Positions 43,942 through 52,411 of a stretch of 61,109 nt of DNA are shown one piece after another (within the stretch, counting starts at the first letter, position 1; every line of letters begins with the position of its first letter). The stretch covers positions 1 to 61,109 of the forward strand of contig DATLLF010000178.1 in NCBI GenBank assembly GCA_035537955.1, written 5' to 3'. Origin of the DNA: Vicinamibacterales bacterium (GTDB lineage: Bacteria; Acidobacteriota; Vicinamibacteria; Vicinamibacterales; 2-12-FULL-66-21). Position numbers and translations under genes: made by a program. Below the pieces are notes generated by a model. The model made no database searches and was not told the origin of the DNA. It was given only the letters and a program-made list of their open reading frames with translations.

Positions 43942-46700
43942 CCTCGCTCTTTCGCAGATTCGTCTGGTGGCTGCGGCGCACGCGCAAGGAGGACGAGCTC
44001 AGCGAGGAACTGCGATTTCATCTTGCGGAAGAAGCAGATCAACGGCAAGCCGGCGGGTTGCCGGAGGAACAGGCCAGATCGGCCGCCTATCGCGACCTCG
44101 GCAACGTGACGCTCCTGCGGGAAGACGCTCGCAGGCTCTGGACGTGGACCTTCCTCGAGCAGCTCATACAGGATGTCCGCTATGGCCTGCGGATGATGCG
44201 CAAGAACGGTTCGTTCACAGCGGTGGTCGCGCTCTCGATGGCGCTCGGGATCGGGGCGAACACAGCGATCTACAGCTTCATGGACGCGATTCTCGTGCGC
44301 TCGCTTCCAGTGTCCGATCCCGCATCGCTCGTGGCCCTTAAGTGGCGCAGCAAACCGTTCGCCTACGGGTCCAGGGCTACCGACGGTTCCGAGTTCGTTC
44401 TGCACAGCATCGAGGGCAGCTTCTTCGATGAACCGGCGGGCACGGCCGGCGCGATTCTGCCCTTCGCGGCCTTCGAGCGACTGCAGCAGGTCTCGCAGCC
44501 CGTGCTGTCGAGTATCTTCGGCTATTACAGTGGCGGAAAAGTAAACGTGATCGCGAATGGCGCCGCGGAGCTGTCGAAGGGTGAATACGTTTCCGGCGAC
44601 TTCTTTCGCGGTCTGGCCGTGACGCCCGCCGCGGGCCGCCTGATTTTCGCCGACGACGATCGCGCGGGCGCTCCCCCCGTCGCCGTCATCAGCGCGGGCT
44701 ACAGCAACCGACGCTTCGGCGGGGCCGCCCACGCCACCGGCCAGCCAATTCTGATCAACAACGTCGCGTTCACCGTCGTGGGTGTGACGCCCTCCGCGTT
44801 CTTCGGTGTGGATCCAGGGGAAGTGCCCGACGTGTACCTCCCCCTGCACGCCATGCTCCTGTTCGTCGCGGACGCCGAGCGCCTGTTCATCGATCCGAAC
44901 TACTACTGGGTGGAGATCATGGGCCGGCTGCGTCCAGGCGTCAGCCTGGCGCAGGCTCAGGCCGCGATGGCCGGCTCCTTCGAGCAATGGGTTGCAACCA
45001 CGGCGACCAACGACCGTGAGCGGGCCAACCTGCCGGTGCTCCGACTCGAGGAAGGCGGCGCTGGACGCGACATCCTTCGCAGGGAGTACGCGAAGCCGCT
45101 TTATGTACTGCTGGCGATGGCCAGTCTGATCCTCGCGATCGCATCCGCGAACACGGCGAATCTCCTGCTCGCGCGCGCCACGGCTCGCAGGCGCGAGATC
45201 GCCATGCGACTCAGTCTGGGCGCCAGTCGACTCCGCGTCGTGCGTCAATTGCTGGCCGAGAGCGTGCTGCTCGCGTCGTTCGGCGGCGCGCTCGGGATCC
45301 TGATTGGCGTGGTCGGCATCCGTGTGCTCACGCTGCTGCTCGCCAACGGGGAGGAAGGATTCACGCTCCACGCGGAACTGAATTGGCACGTGCTCGGCGT
45401 CACGCTGGGGCTATCGCTGCTTTGCGGCGTTCTGTTCGGCCTCGCTCCCGCGCTTCGAGCGACCCGTCCGTCGTTGATGCCCACACTCAAGGATGCCGGC
45501 CCTGGCGAATCGTTTCGCCGCATACGCCACGCGACGCCGCGTCTCACGCTTACCCGCGGCCTCGTGGTGGCGCAGATCGCCATTTCGCTGCTGTTGCTGG
45601 TTGCGGCAGGCCTGTTCGTGCGGACGCTCTCGAATCTCCATTCCGTCCATCTCGGGTTCAATCGCGATCACCTGCTGCTCTTCGAAGTGAATGCTCCACA
45701 GGCTGGACTTGCGGAGTCGCGGGTCACGCCGTTTTACGCGGCGCTGAGGCAGAGGCTGAGCGAGATTCCCGGCGTGCGTGAAGTGACGCTGTCGCATAGC
45801 TCGCTCGTCCGCGCCGGCAGGGCGCACCCGATCAGTGTTGACGGCAAACCTTCCCGCGGCCACCGCATCCTGGCGATCGGGCCGCGGTTCTTCACGACGA
45901 TGGAGATTGCGGTGCTGCGGGGGCGCGAGATCGACGAACGCGATCGCCCGGGAGGCGTCCCCGTCGCAATGGTGAGCCAGGAATTCGCGAAAATCCACTA
46001 CGGCGACGACAACCCGGTGGGACGGCACATCAGGCTCGGCCGCGCGCGCGGCCCCGTGGATCTGGAAATCATCGGCGTCGCCGCGACTGCTCGCTACGGT
46101 GGCCTCAAGGGGAACGTTCCGCCAGTCGTGTACATACCCTACACGGTCGCTCCCGGACTGGCGGAGGTGACCTACGCGCTGCGTACCGACCTCACCCCGT
46201 TGCGCTACGTCGCCGCGGTCCGTGAGATCGTGCATCAAGCCGACCCGCGCGTGCCCGTGACGGCAGTGAGGACACAAGCCGCGGACATCGATCAGACCAT
46301 CAATCAGGAGATCGTCTTCGCCAGACTCTGCACTGCGTTTGCGGTTCTCGCGCTGGTGATTGCGTGCGTCGGTCTCTACGGCACGATGACCTACACGGTG
46401 GCTCGCCGTACCAAAGAAATCGGCGTACGCATGGCGCTCGGCGCTCGCCGCGGCCGCGTCGTCTGGATGATATTGCGCGAAGTCTGTGTCTTGGCGGCGC
46501 TGGGCGTGGCGATCAGCGTGCCGATTGCACTCGCCTCTTCACGGCTCATCGAGTCGTTTCTGTTCGATGTGAAGCCAAACGACCCGCGCGCCCTGGCCCT
46601 GGCGGTGGCCGCTCTCCTCGGCGCCGCGCTCCTGGCCGGCTACGGGCCGTCGCGACGAGCATCACGTGTCGACCCGATGATCGCCCTGCGCCACGAGTGA
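43938..46700 (+). CDS. ADOP-family duplicated FtsX/MacB-like permease (module 2)
   Basis: 920 aa. Prefix helix (FRRFVWWLRRTRKEDELSEELRFHLAEE) and two FtsX units. The ATG overlaps the PadR-2 stop as ATGA. Confidence 0.9.
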   Translation: MTSLFRRFVWWLRRTRKEDELSEELRFHLAEEADQRQAGGLPEEQARSAAYRDLGNVTLLREDARRLWTWTFLEQLIQDVRYGLRMMRKNGSFTAVVALSMALGIGANTAIYSFMDAILVRSLPVSDPASLVALKWRSKPFAYGSRATDGSEFVLHSIEGSFFDEPAGTAGAILPFAAFERLQQVSQPVLSSIFGYYSGGKVNVIANGAAELSKGEYVSGDFFRGLAVTPAAGRLIFADDDRAGAPPVAVISAGYSNRRFGGAAHATGQPILINNVAFTVVGVTPSAFFGVDPGEVPDVYLPLHAMLLFVADAERLFIDPNYYWVEIMGRLRPGVSLAQAQAAMAGSFEQWVATTATNDRERANLPVLRLEEGGAGRDILRREYAKPLYVLLAMASLILAIASANTANLLLARATARRREIAMRLSLGASRLRVVRQLLAESVLLASFGGALGILIGVVGIRVLTLLLANGEEGFTLHAELNWHVLGVTLGLSLLCGVLFGLAPALRATRPSLMPTLKDAGPGESFRRIRHATPRLTLTRGLVVAQIAISLLLLVAAGLFVRTLSNLHSVHLGFNRDHLLLFEVNAPQAGLAESRVTPFYAALRQRLSEIPGVREVTLSHSSLVRAGRAHPISVDGKPSRGHRILAIGPRFFTTMEIAVLRGREIDERDRPGGVPVAMVSQEFAKIHYGDDNPVGRHIRLGRARGPVDLEIIGVAATARYGGLKGNVPPVVYIPYTVAPGLAEVTYALRTDLTPLRYVAAVREIVHQADPRVPVTAVRTQAADIDQTINQEIVFARLCTAFAVLALVIACVGLYGTMTYTVARRTKEIGVRMALGARRGRVVWMILREVCVLAALGVAISVPIALASSRLIESFLFDVKPNDPRALALAVAALLGAALLAGYGPSRRASRVDPMIALRHE

Positions 46701-46757
46701 TCGTCATCAATCTGCTCGCGACAATAGTGTGATCTGCGAGGCGCCTGGGCGACCCGA

Positions 46758-46949
46758 TCAGTTGCGACGCGAAGTTCGACGCGCGACGCCGGCGACGCTC
46801 ACGGGCGACAGCGGCCGCCCGACCTCAGCTTTCACACTCGTCGCGAGGCCGGAGAGGACCGGGATCGAGATTCGATCGCCCAGCTCAATGGCACCCAAGG
46901 CGACGATCACAAGCAGTACCAGCGCGCGTAGTGTTCTGGTCGTGCGCAT
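46758..46949 (-). CDS. Small (63 aa) single-TM protein coupled to the DUF2092 gene
   Basis: MRTTRTLRALVLLVIVALGAIELGD...PLSPVSVAGVARRTSRRN. Its ATG shares one nt with the DUF2092 stop (TGATG). It is embedded in a longer track ORF. Confidence 0.4.
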   Translation of the reverse strand: MRTTRTLRALVLLVIVALGAIELGDRISIPVLSGLATSVKAEVGRPLSPVSVAGVARRTSRRN

Positions 46950-47752
46950 CACTTGCCTCCGACGATGAAATGACTCGGTAACTCGCCTGTGTTCTTCACT
47001 TTCTTGAGCTCGTCGATGCTGATCTGCTTCGCATCGGACGGTGGCGTGAACGCGAAGTCCGCCGTCGCCGCGTCGCTGCCGGTCTTCCAATTCCGAATCT
47101 GAACGGTGTACTGCGGACCGTCGGCGATGCCCGTGGACGTGATGACATACCGGCATGGACGCGGTTGCGCACCCTGCGTCACCCAGATCTGCCAATCCAC
47201 GTCTTTGGAGCGGAAGGCGAAGTAGTCGCACTCGATGCCACCGACGACCCCGCTCCCAAGATCCTTGACGTCCTTCACATCGGCGGTAATCTCGTCGTAG
47301 GCATGTGTGAGAAACAGATCGGCGGCGGGTAGAGGCCGGTCGTACTTCTTTTGCAGTTCGTTCACCAGGTTGTCGAGCGAGCCTGGCACCTCGACCCGCG
47401 TGTAGATGTTCTTGTTTTTGCCGAACAAGGTGAGCGTCTTGCCATCGAACACGGTCTCCATGTCCACGAACCCCCCCGATCGCGTGGTGCGGATCTTGTC
47501 GGGTCGCGCGAGCGACACCGTCCCCGATGAGGCCAGCTGGAGCTTCTGCCGGTCCTTTGTGACGACTTCGAGGATCGCGTCGTAGTCGAACGCGATGGAC
47601 TGCTGCGCGCCGACATAGTCGGTCATGGCTTTGAGGAGAGTTCTGGCCTGTGCCTGGTCGGCCACCGCTGGAGGCGAACCAGCCGTCCCTACCGTCAGCA
47701 CCAGCAACAATGCCGACGCCGCCGAGAGCGTAAGTTTCGATCGTGCTGCCAT
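46949..47752 (-). CDS. DUF2092 (LolA-like fold) periplasmic protein
   Basis: Signal peptide, then LLKAMTDYVGAQQSIAFDYDAILEVVTKDRQKLQLASSGTVSLARPDKIR... and ...WQIWVTQGAQPRPCRYVITS. GGAGG lies 8 nt upstream of the ATG. Confidence 0.65.
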   Translation of the reverse strand: MAARSKLTLSAASALLLVLTVGTAGSPPAVADQAQARTLLKAMTDYVGAQQSIAFDYDAILEVVTKDRQKLQLASSGTVSLARPDKIRTTRSGGFVDMETVFDGKTLTLFGKNKNIYTRVEVPGSLDNLVNELQKKYDRPLPAADLFLTHAYDEITADVKDVKDLGSGVVGGIECDYFAFRSKDVDWQIWVTQGAQPRPCRYVITSTGIADGPQYTVQIRNWKTGSDAATADFAFTPPSDAKQISIDELKKVKNTGELPSHFIVGGK

Positions 47753-47855
47753 ACCTCGTCCTCCAGCTTCATGTTTCTCTCTCGCAGACGCCGAAACACG
47801 TCGATCGACGACTTGCTCGAGGCACTTTCCGCGCGCATGGTCCTAGACAGCACGA

Positions 47856-48269
47856 TCAACCGTGTTTACGTTTGATTGAGTCTCCAGGGCGCGCACCCGT
47901 GGCCATGCCACTCTCAACGCTCAGGTTTGCTGACGCTTCAGCACTGCTCTTCTGTTCCGCGCTCCCGCCACTCGAATTTCCGGACGCTTCACTGCGTTTC
48001 TGTTCCGCTGCGGCGATCAACATCATTTCGAGCACGTTCAGGTGCTCCGCATAGGCGTCCATCAATGCTGCCTGATACTTGACGTCAGCCTGCCCGCGCT
48101 TCACCATGTTGAGCGCCTTTTTGATCCAGGTCGTCCGCCACGCCGCGTCATCGGACGTGGTCGTCGGCTGCGCGAGGCTTTGTTCCAACCATTTCTGCTT
48201 CGCCTGGGCCCTGGCCTTCCACAGCTGTTTCTGGAGCTCGAGATAGGGTGTTTGGACCGGAGAAGTCAT
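47856..48269 (-). CDS. Hypothetical helical protein (137 aa), atypical codon usage
   Basis: The start is set at MTSPVQTPYLELQK, which has ACGGAGGT upstream. No family was recognised. The C-terminus is Ser/Ala/Glu-rich. Confidence 0.5.
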   Translation of the reverse strand: MTSPVQTPYLELQKQLWKARAQAKQKWLEQSLAQPTTTSDDAAWRTTWIKKALNMVKRGQADVKYQAALMDAYAEHLNVLEMMLIAAAEQKRSEASGNSSGGSAEQKSSAEASANLSVESGMATGARPGDSIKRKHG

Positions 48270-48305
48270 CCTGGGACCTCCGTTTCGATTCAGTTCCATT
48301 TGCCG

Positions 48306-48341
48306 GGTACGTCTGTTCTTGCTGGTACGACTGTTCTTGCT
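48306..48341. repeat. Perfectly tandem 18-bp direct repeat x2 (1 mismatch) upstream of the 137-aa gene
   Basis: GGTACGTCTGTTCTTGCT (48306-23) and GGTACGACTGTTCTTGCT (48324-41). The repeats lie 37-72 nt upstream of the ATG at 48269. Confidence 0.85.
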
Positions 48342-48425
48342 GAGCCGGGACATGGGTGGCGTCATAGGGCGCGTCTTTCCCGAATGCCATCGGAGACAAT
48401 CGCGTGTTGAGGACGTAGCGCCCGA

Positions 48426-48462
48426 ACTCTGAGCCCCCGCATCGATGCGCGCAGCTCAGAGT
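48426..48462. other. Nested palindrome between the two islet genes
   Basis: Outer arms ACTCTGAGC (48426-34) and GCTCAGAGT (48454-62). The inner perfect palindrome is GCATCGATGC (48439-48). There is no T-tract on either strand. Confidence 0.8.
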
Positions 48463-48490
48463 CCGACGCTACCCTTCGAGCCCTGTCTGT

Positions 48491-49057
48491 TTACGCGGAC
48501 GCGCGGAGCCCCGCTCCTGCGGCTGCCCGCTTGAGCAAACGGATTCGGCGCCGTGCGCGGACGGCTGCGACTGCGAGCGTGCGGGCCTTCTTGCGTGCCC
48601 GGAGCGCCGCGACCTCGAGTATTCGTGTGCGGCGTCGTGCCCGGAGCGCAACGAGTGCGAGCAGACGGGCGCGCCGTCGGCGCCGCGCCACGGCGAGAGC
48701 GAGCAAGCGCGAACGTCGCCGCGCCCGAAGCGCCGCGACGCCGATCAGGCGAGCGCGACGTTTGGCGCGCAGACCTTGTGCCAGACGCAGGCCGGGAACT
48801 CGCTGTCGGCCGTATTGTGGGGCTTCTTCTCCCTCTTCCTCCTCATCGTCCTCGTCTTCGAGGCCCATCATCTCTACCGGCTCATCTTCTTCCTCAGAGT
48901 CCAGGTCGAACTCTTCGTCGTCGTCCTCCTCTTCGCCCCAGCCCATCATCTCTCTGGGTTCCTCTTCATCGTCCTCGGATCCCGCCAGTTCCGTCGGATC
49001 GTTTCCTTCCTCGAGTCCCATGAGTTCGCTCGGATCCTCTTCCAATAAAGTCTTCAT
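48491..49057 (-). CDS. Charge-block protein: polyanionic N-half plus six tandem 14-aa Arg-rich repeats (188 aa, no recognised family)
   Basis: GGAGG lies 6 nt upstream of the ATG (49057). Residues 1-80 contain 42 D/E and only 2 K/R, with E[LM]MG[LW] recurring three times. Residues 96-179 form six in-register 14-mers: LRAKRRARLIGVAA, LRARRRSRLLALAV, ARRRRRARLLALVA, LRARRRTRILEVAA, LRARKKARTLAVAA and VRARRRIRLLKRAA. Confidence 0.55.
   Translation of the reverse strand: MKTLLEEDPSELMGLEEGNDPTELAGSEDDEEEPREMMGWGEEEDDDEEFDLDSEEEDEPVEMMGLEDEDDEEEEGEEAPQYGRQRVPGLRLAQGLRAKRRARLIGVAALRARRRSRLLALAVARRRRRARLLALVALRARRRTRILEVAALRARKKARTLAVAAVRARRRIRLLKRAAAGAGLRASA
48521..48772 (-). repeat. Coding tandem repeat, 6 x 42 bp (14-aa units) inside the charge-block gene
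   Basis: The register was derived from the translation, residues 96-179. The consensus is L-R-A-R-R-R-x-R-L-L-A-x-A-A. Confidence 0.8.
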
Positions 49058-49461
49058 ACGTACCTCCGTGCCTTCATTCAACGTCGTGAGATCAGAGGAC
49101 CGCGTTGCGCGCAGTAATTTGACCTTCCGAACGCGCCGCCACGCCAGCGTTCCATACTCCTTTCACGACGCGGCCACGCGTCTACTCAACCGGTCGTCAG
49201 CACTGTGACGGGCCCGCAAAGCGGTGACAGAGAAACCCGCGACAGCAAAGCACGCGCCGTGAAGGGAAGCGGGAATATGTTGACGATTTCAGGACCTGAC
49301 GTTCGCTTGCCCCCGAATCGTCGGGCATGCGTGCGCGTGGCCGTGGCCCGCTCGGGATCCGCGAGCGAGGATGCAAGGGAGTTCGAGCGACGTGTGGGCA
49401 GCTCGACGTTATTATCTTTGAGGTAGCCGGGCCTCGCCAGCGTAAGCGCGAAATCGTTCGT

Positions 49462-51939
49462 TCAGCTCTCCCGAAGCACTTCCGCGGGATCGACGCGTAC
49501 GGCACGGAGCGTGGGTCTCCACGCCGCGAGTACTGCCACCGCGACGAGAGTCACTGGTGCAACGGCGAAAATGACCGGGTCGCGCGGCTCAACGCCGTAC
49601 AACAGAGGTGCAACGAAACGCGACAACCAAACAGCGGCAAGCAGCCCCGCACAAGCGCCGGCCAGCACGCAGAGACCGACCCGGGCGAGCATGAGCCTCC
49701 CGATGTCGGCGCCGCGTGCGCCGAGCGCCAGACGGATCCCGATCTCGCCTCGCCGACGGCTGACGGTGTGAGAGATGACGCCGTACAGGCCGATCGCCGA
49801 TAACAGCAGCGCGACGGCGCCGAAGAACCCAGCCAACCACGCCACGGTGCGCTCCTGCGAGAGGCTCGCCCACACAGCATCCTCGAGGGGCAAAAACGTG
49901 AACGTCAGACGGGGGTCGACGCGCTTCAGCCCGGCACGGACTGCCGGCACGAGGCTGACACTATCGGTAATCGCGCGGATGCTGAGGCGCAACGGCATAT
50001 CGGGTGGTACGGTCGCCTGCGCCAAGGGAACGTACACCATCGGAGGAGGGGCGTCGCGCAGCGAGTTCCCATAGACTGTGTCGGCAACGACGCCGACGAC
50101 GGTGCAACGGCCGCGGCCGCACGGGCCCGCGTCGATGGTCTCGCCGATCCCGTCACGACCGGACAGGTGGCTGTGGCGGAAAGTTTCGTTGACGATCGCA
50201 ACCCGTGCCGCGCCTGTCCCATCGGTGGCGTCGAAGTCACGGCCGGCGCGAAGAGTCGTCCGGTAAGTGGCGAACCACCGCGGTGTCACGAAATTGAAGG
50301 CGAGGACGCCGCCTCCCAAGTCGGCGCGCCTGCCCCGTGCGTCGGTCAACAGTCCGCCACCGCCAGTGCCCACGGGCGTCCAGATGGAGCCGGCGACGGT
50401 GGCAACGCCAGGTATCGCTCCGACTGCTGCACGAATGCGATCGAACAGTCCCCTGGACGCCGGCGATTCGACGACCGAGCGCGGTAGGTTCACGTTGACG
50501 ATCAGCACGCCCTTCGGATCGAATCCGAGCGGGACGCTGACAAGCCGGTTGAAGGTCTGCGCGAAGAGTCCGGCGGCTGCGAGCAGAACGATCGAGAGCG
50601 CCACCTGCAGCACGATCAATCCGGGTGCAAGCTGCCCGGTTCGGTTCCCTCCTCCACCGGCACGGCCCTGCTCCTGCAGCGCCTCCAGGGGCGCGACGCG
50701 GGTCGCATAGAACGCCGGGCCTGCCGCGAACAGCACGACGGTCAGCAGGCTGATGCCACTCGCGAATGCAAGGACACGCCAGTCGGCCGCAACATCGATC
50801 GAGAGGGGAGCCCCTGACACTGGAAGCTGCGCGACGAGCACCCGGCTTGCCCACATGGCGAACAGCTGGCCGGCGACAGCGCCGGCGACCCCGAGTACGA
50901 GCCCTTCGACTAGAACCTGCCGCGCCAGCATCCAGCGCGGTGCGCCGACCGCCAGCCGCAGACTGAGCTCGTAGCGCCGCGCCGTCGCACGGGCGAGAAG
51001 CAGATTCGCAAGGCTTACGCACACAATCCCCAGCACGAGGCCGGCGACGATCGCCAGCACCACGAGTGGGCGCTCGTAGCGCTGGCGGAGTTGCGACCGG
51101 TCGGAGATGCCGCTTGAAGCTGGAACGACGATGAAGGGATCGTTCAGGAACGGCGGCGCTCCGGGGCCGACAATCTCCGGCTGCATGTCGCGCAGGGCGG
51201 CGGTCGCCGCTGAGAGCGACTGGCCGGGCTGCAGGCGCAGCATCACCGTGAGGAGCAGCGCGCGCTGACTGGCGCGGAAGGAGCGATCGCGATACACGAG
51301 TGCATCGGCGCTGAACGGCATGGCGATGTCGAACGGCTGGCCGACGTCCACGCCCTGGAAGGACTTCGGGATGATGCCGATGATGGTCAGCGGTGTGCCC
51401 TCGATCGACAGGCGCGAACCAATGGCGTCGGCTGCCCCGTTGAACCGCCGCCGCCACAGTGCTTCGCTGATCACGACCACGCCGCCATCCGGTCCCCCAC
51501 CCCGCTCGTCGTCCGCCGGCGTGAAGGTGCGGCCGGCGAGCGCGTGGACGCCGAGCACCTCGAAGAAGCCGCCGCTGGCGATGAGGGTGTTGAGCGGCTG
51601 GACCTCGCCGCCGTCCGACCCGTCGACCAGTTTGAGCGTCCAGGCGAAACCGCCCGTGAAGGCGCCGCTGCGCTGCCGCAGTCGATCCCACATCGCGAAG
51701 TTCCATCCAGCGCCGGCGTGGAAGCCGAAGCGCAGTGCTGTCGCTGAGGTGACGGTGACGAGCCGGTCGGCGTCCACCACTGGCAGCGGCCGCAGGATGA
51801 GCGCGTTGGCGACCAAGAAGACTGCCGTCGGCGCACCGATGCCGAGCGCGAGCGTTAGGATCGCCGCGAACGTGATCGCAGAGTGCCCGCGAAGCGAGCC
51901 CACGGCGCGTCTGAGGTCACGGGATACGCCTCGAATCAT
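49462..51939 (-). CDS. ADOP-type duplicated FtsX/MacB-like permease (module 3) lacking the N-terminal prefix helix
   Basis: 825 aa. It starts directly at the first TM helix (HSAITFAAILTLALGIGAPTAVF) and has two FtsX units. GGAGAG lies upstream of the ATG. It is divergent from PadR-3. Confidence 0.88.
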   Translation of the reverse strand: MIRGVSRDLRRAVGSLRGHSAITFAAILTLALGIGAPTAVFLVANALILRPLPVVDADRLVTVTSATALRFGFHAGAGWNFAMWDRLRQRSGAFTGGFAWTLKLVDGSDGGEVQPLNTLIASGGFFEVLGVHALAGRTFTPADDERGGGPDGGVVVISEALWRRRFNGAADAIGSRLSIEGTPLTIIGIIPKSFQGVDVGQPFDIAMPFSADALVYRDRSFRASQRALLLTVMLRLQPGQSLSAATAALRDMQPEIVGPGAPPFLNDPFIVVPASSGISDRSQLRQRYERPLVVLAIVAGLVLGIVCVSLANLLLARATARRYELSLRLAVGAPRWMLARQVLVEGLVLGVAGAVAGQLFAMWASRVLVAQLPVSGAPLSIDVAADWRVLAFASGISLLTVVLFAAGPAFYATRVAPLEALQEQGRAGGGGNRTGQLAPGLIVLQVALSIVLLAAAGLFAQTFNRLVSVPLGFDPKGVLIVNVNLPRSVVESPASRGLFDRIRAAVGAIPGVATVAGSIWTPVGTGGGGLLTDARGRRADLGGGVLAFNFVTPRWFATYRTTLRAGRDFDATDGTGAARVAIVNETFRHSHLSGRDGIGETIDAGPCGRGRCTVVGVVADTVYGNSLRDAPPPMVYVPLAQATVPPDMPLRLSIRAITDSVSLVPAVRAGLKRVDPRLTFTFLPLEDAVWASLSQERTVAWLAGFFGAVALLLSAIGLYGVISHTVSRRRGEIGIRLALGARGADIGRLMLARVGLCVLAGACAGLLAAVWLSRFVAPLLYGVEPRDPVIFAVAPVTLVAVAVLAAWRPTLRAVRVDPAEVLRES

Positions 51940-51990
51940 CGACTTCTCTCCGCGCCTCTCGTTCGCCCCGTGTCGCTGGGCGGCGCTATT

Positions 51991-52009
51991 TATTCACAAT
52001 ATATGAATA
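51991..52009. promoter_or_regulatory. PadR-3 operator candidate: TATTCA-N7-TGAATA palindrome in the divergent intergenic region
   Basis: TATTCA at 51991-96 and TGAATA at 52004-09. A third TATTCA lies at 52059-64, just downstream of a TTGACA (52038-43). Confidence 0.45.
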
Positions 52010-52078
52010 TGCGCAAGCTCACAGCCGAATGCCGGGCTTGACAGAGTCGGCCTGCACGTATTCATACTTGATGAAGAT

Positions 52079-52411
52079 ATGGCGCGCGACCTGCTCACGG
52101 ATTTCGAGTTGATGATTCTGCTGGCGATCCTCCGCGTCGGCGACGAGGCGTATGGCGTGCAGATCGCCAGGGAAATCGAAGCCACGGGCGGACGTCGCGT
52201 CCTGCTCGGCGCCGCCTACACCGCCCTCGACCGTCTCGAGCGCAATGGGCTGGTGACCTCGACGCTCGGCGCTCCCAGCGCCGTCCGCGGGGGACGCGCC
52301 AAGCGCTACTTCCGGGTGACCGCCCGCGGCGTGCGCGCGGTCCGCAACACCCAACGGGCACTCGTTGCGTTGTGGCGCGGTGTGCCCCAGCTGAAAGAGA
52401 GACGCTCATGA
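52079..52411 (+). CDS. PadR family transcriptional regulator (module 3)
   Basis: ELMILLAILRVGDEAYGVQIAREI...GAAYTALDRLERNGLV...RAKRYFRVTARG. Confidence 0.88.
   Translation: MARDLLTDFELMILLAILRVGDEAYGVQIAREIEATGGRRVLLGAAYTALDRLERNGLVTSTLGAPSAVRGGRAKRYFRVTARGVRAVRNTQRALVALWRGVPQLKERRS

Noticed and set aside
48531-49208. 225-aa Ser/Arg-rich plus-strand ORF antisense to the charge-block gene
   Set aside because: It is the mirror of the GAR/CGN-rich minus frame. It has no Shine-Dalgarno, whereas the minus frame has GGAGG-N6-ATG. I kept it as the explicit alternative to be excluded experimentally.
49383-49406. Hairpin TCGAGC-N12-GCTCGA plus TTATTATCTTTG as a plus-strand terminator
   Set aside because: The stem is only 6 bp with a 12-nt loop, and there is no plus-strand gene upstream. 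It is mentioned only as part of the unexplained non-coding region.
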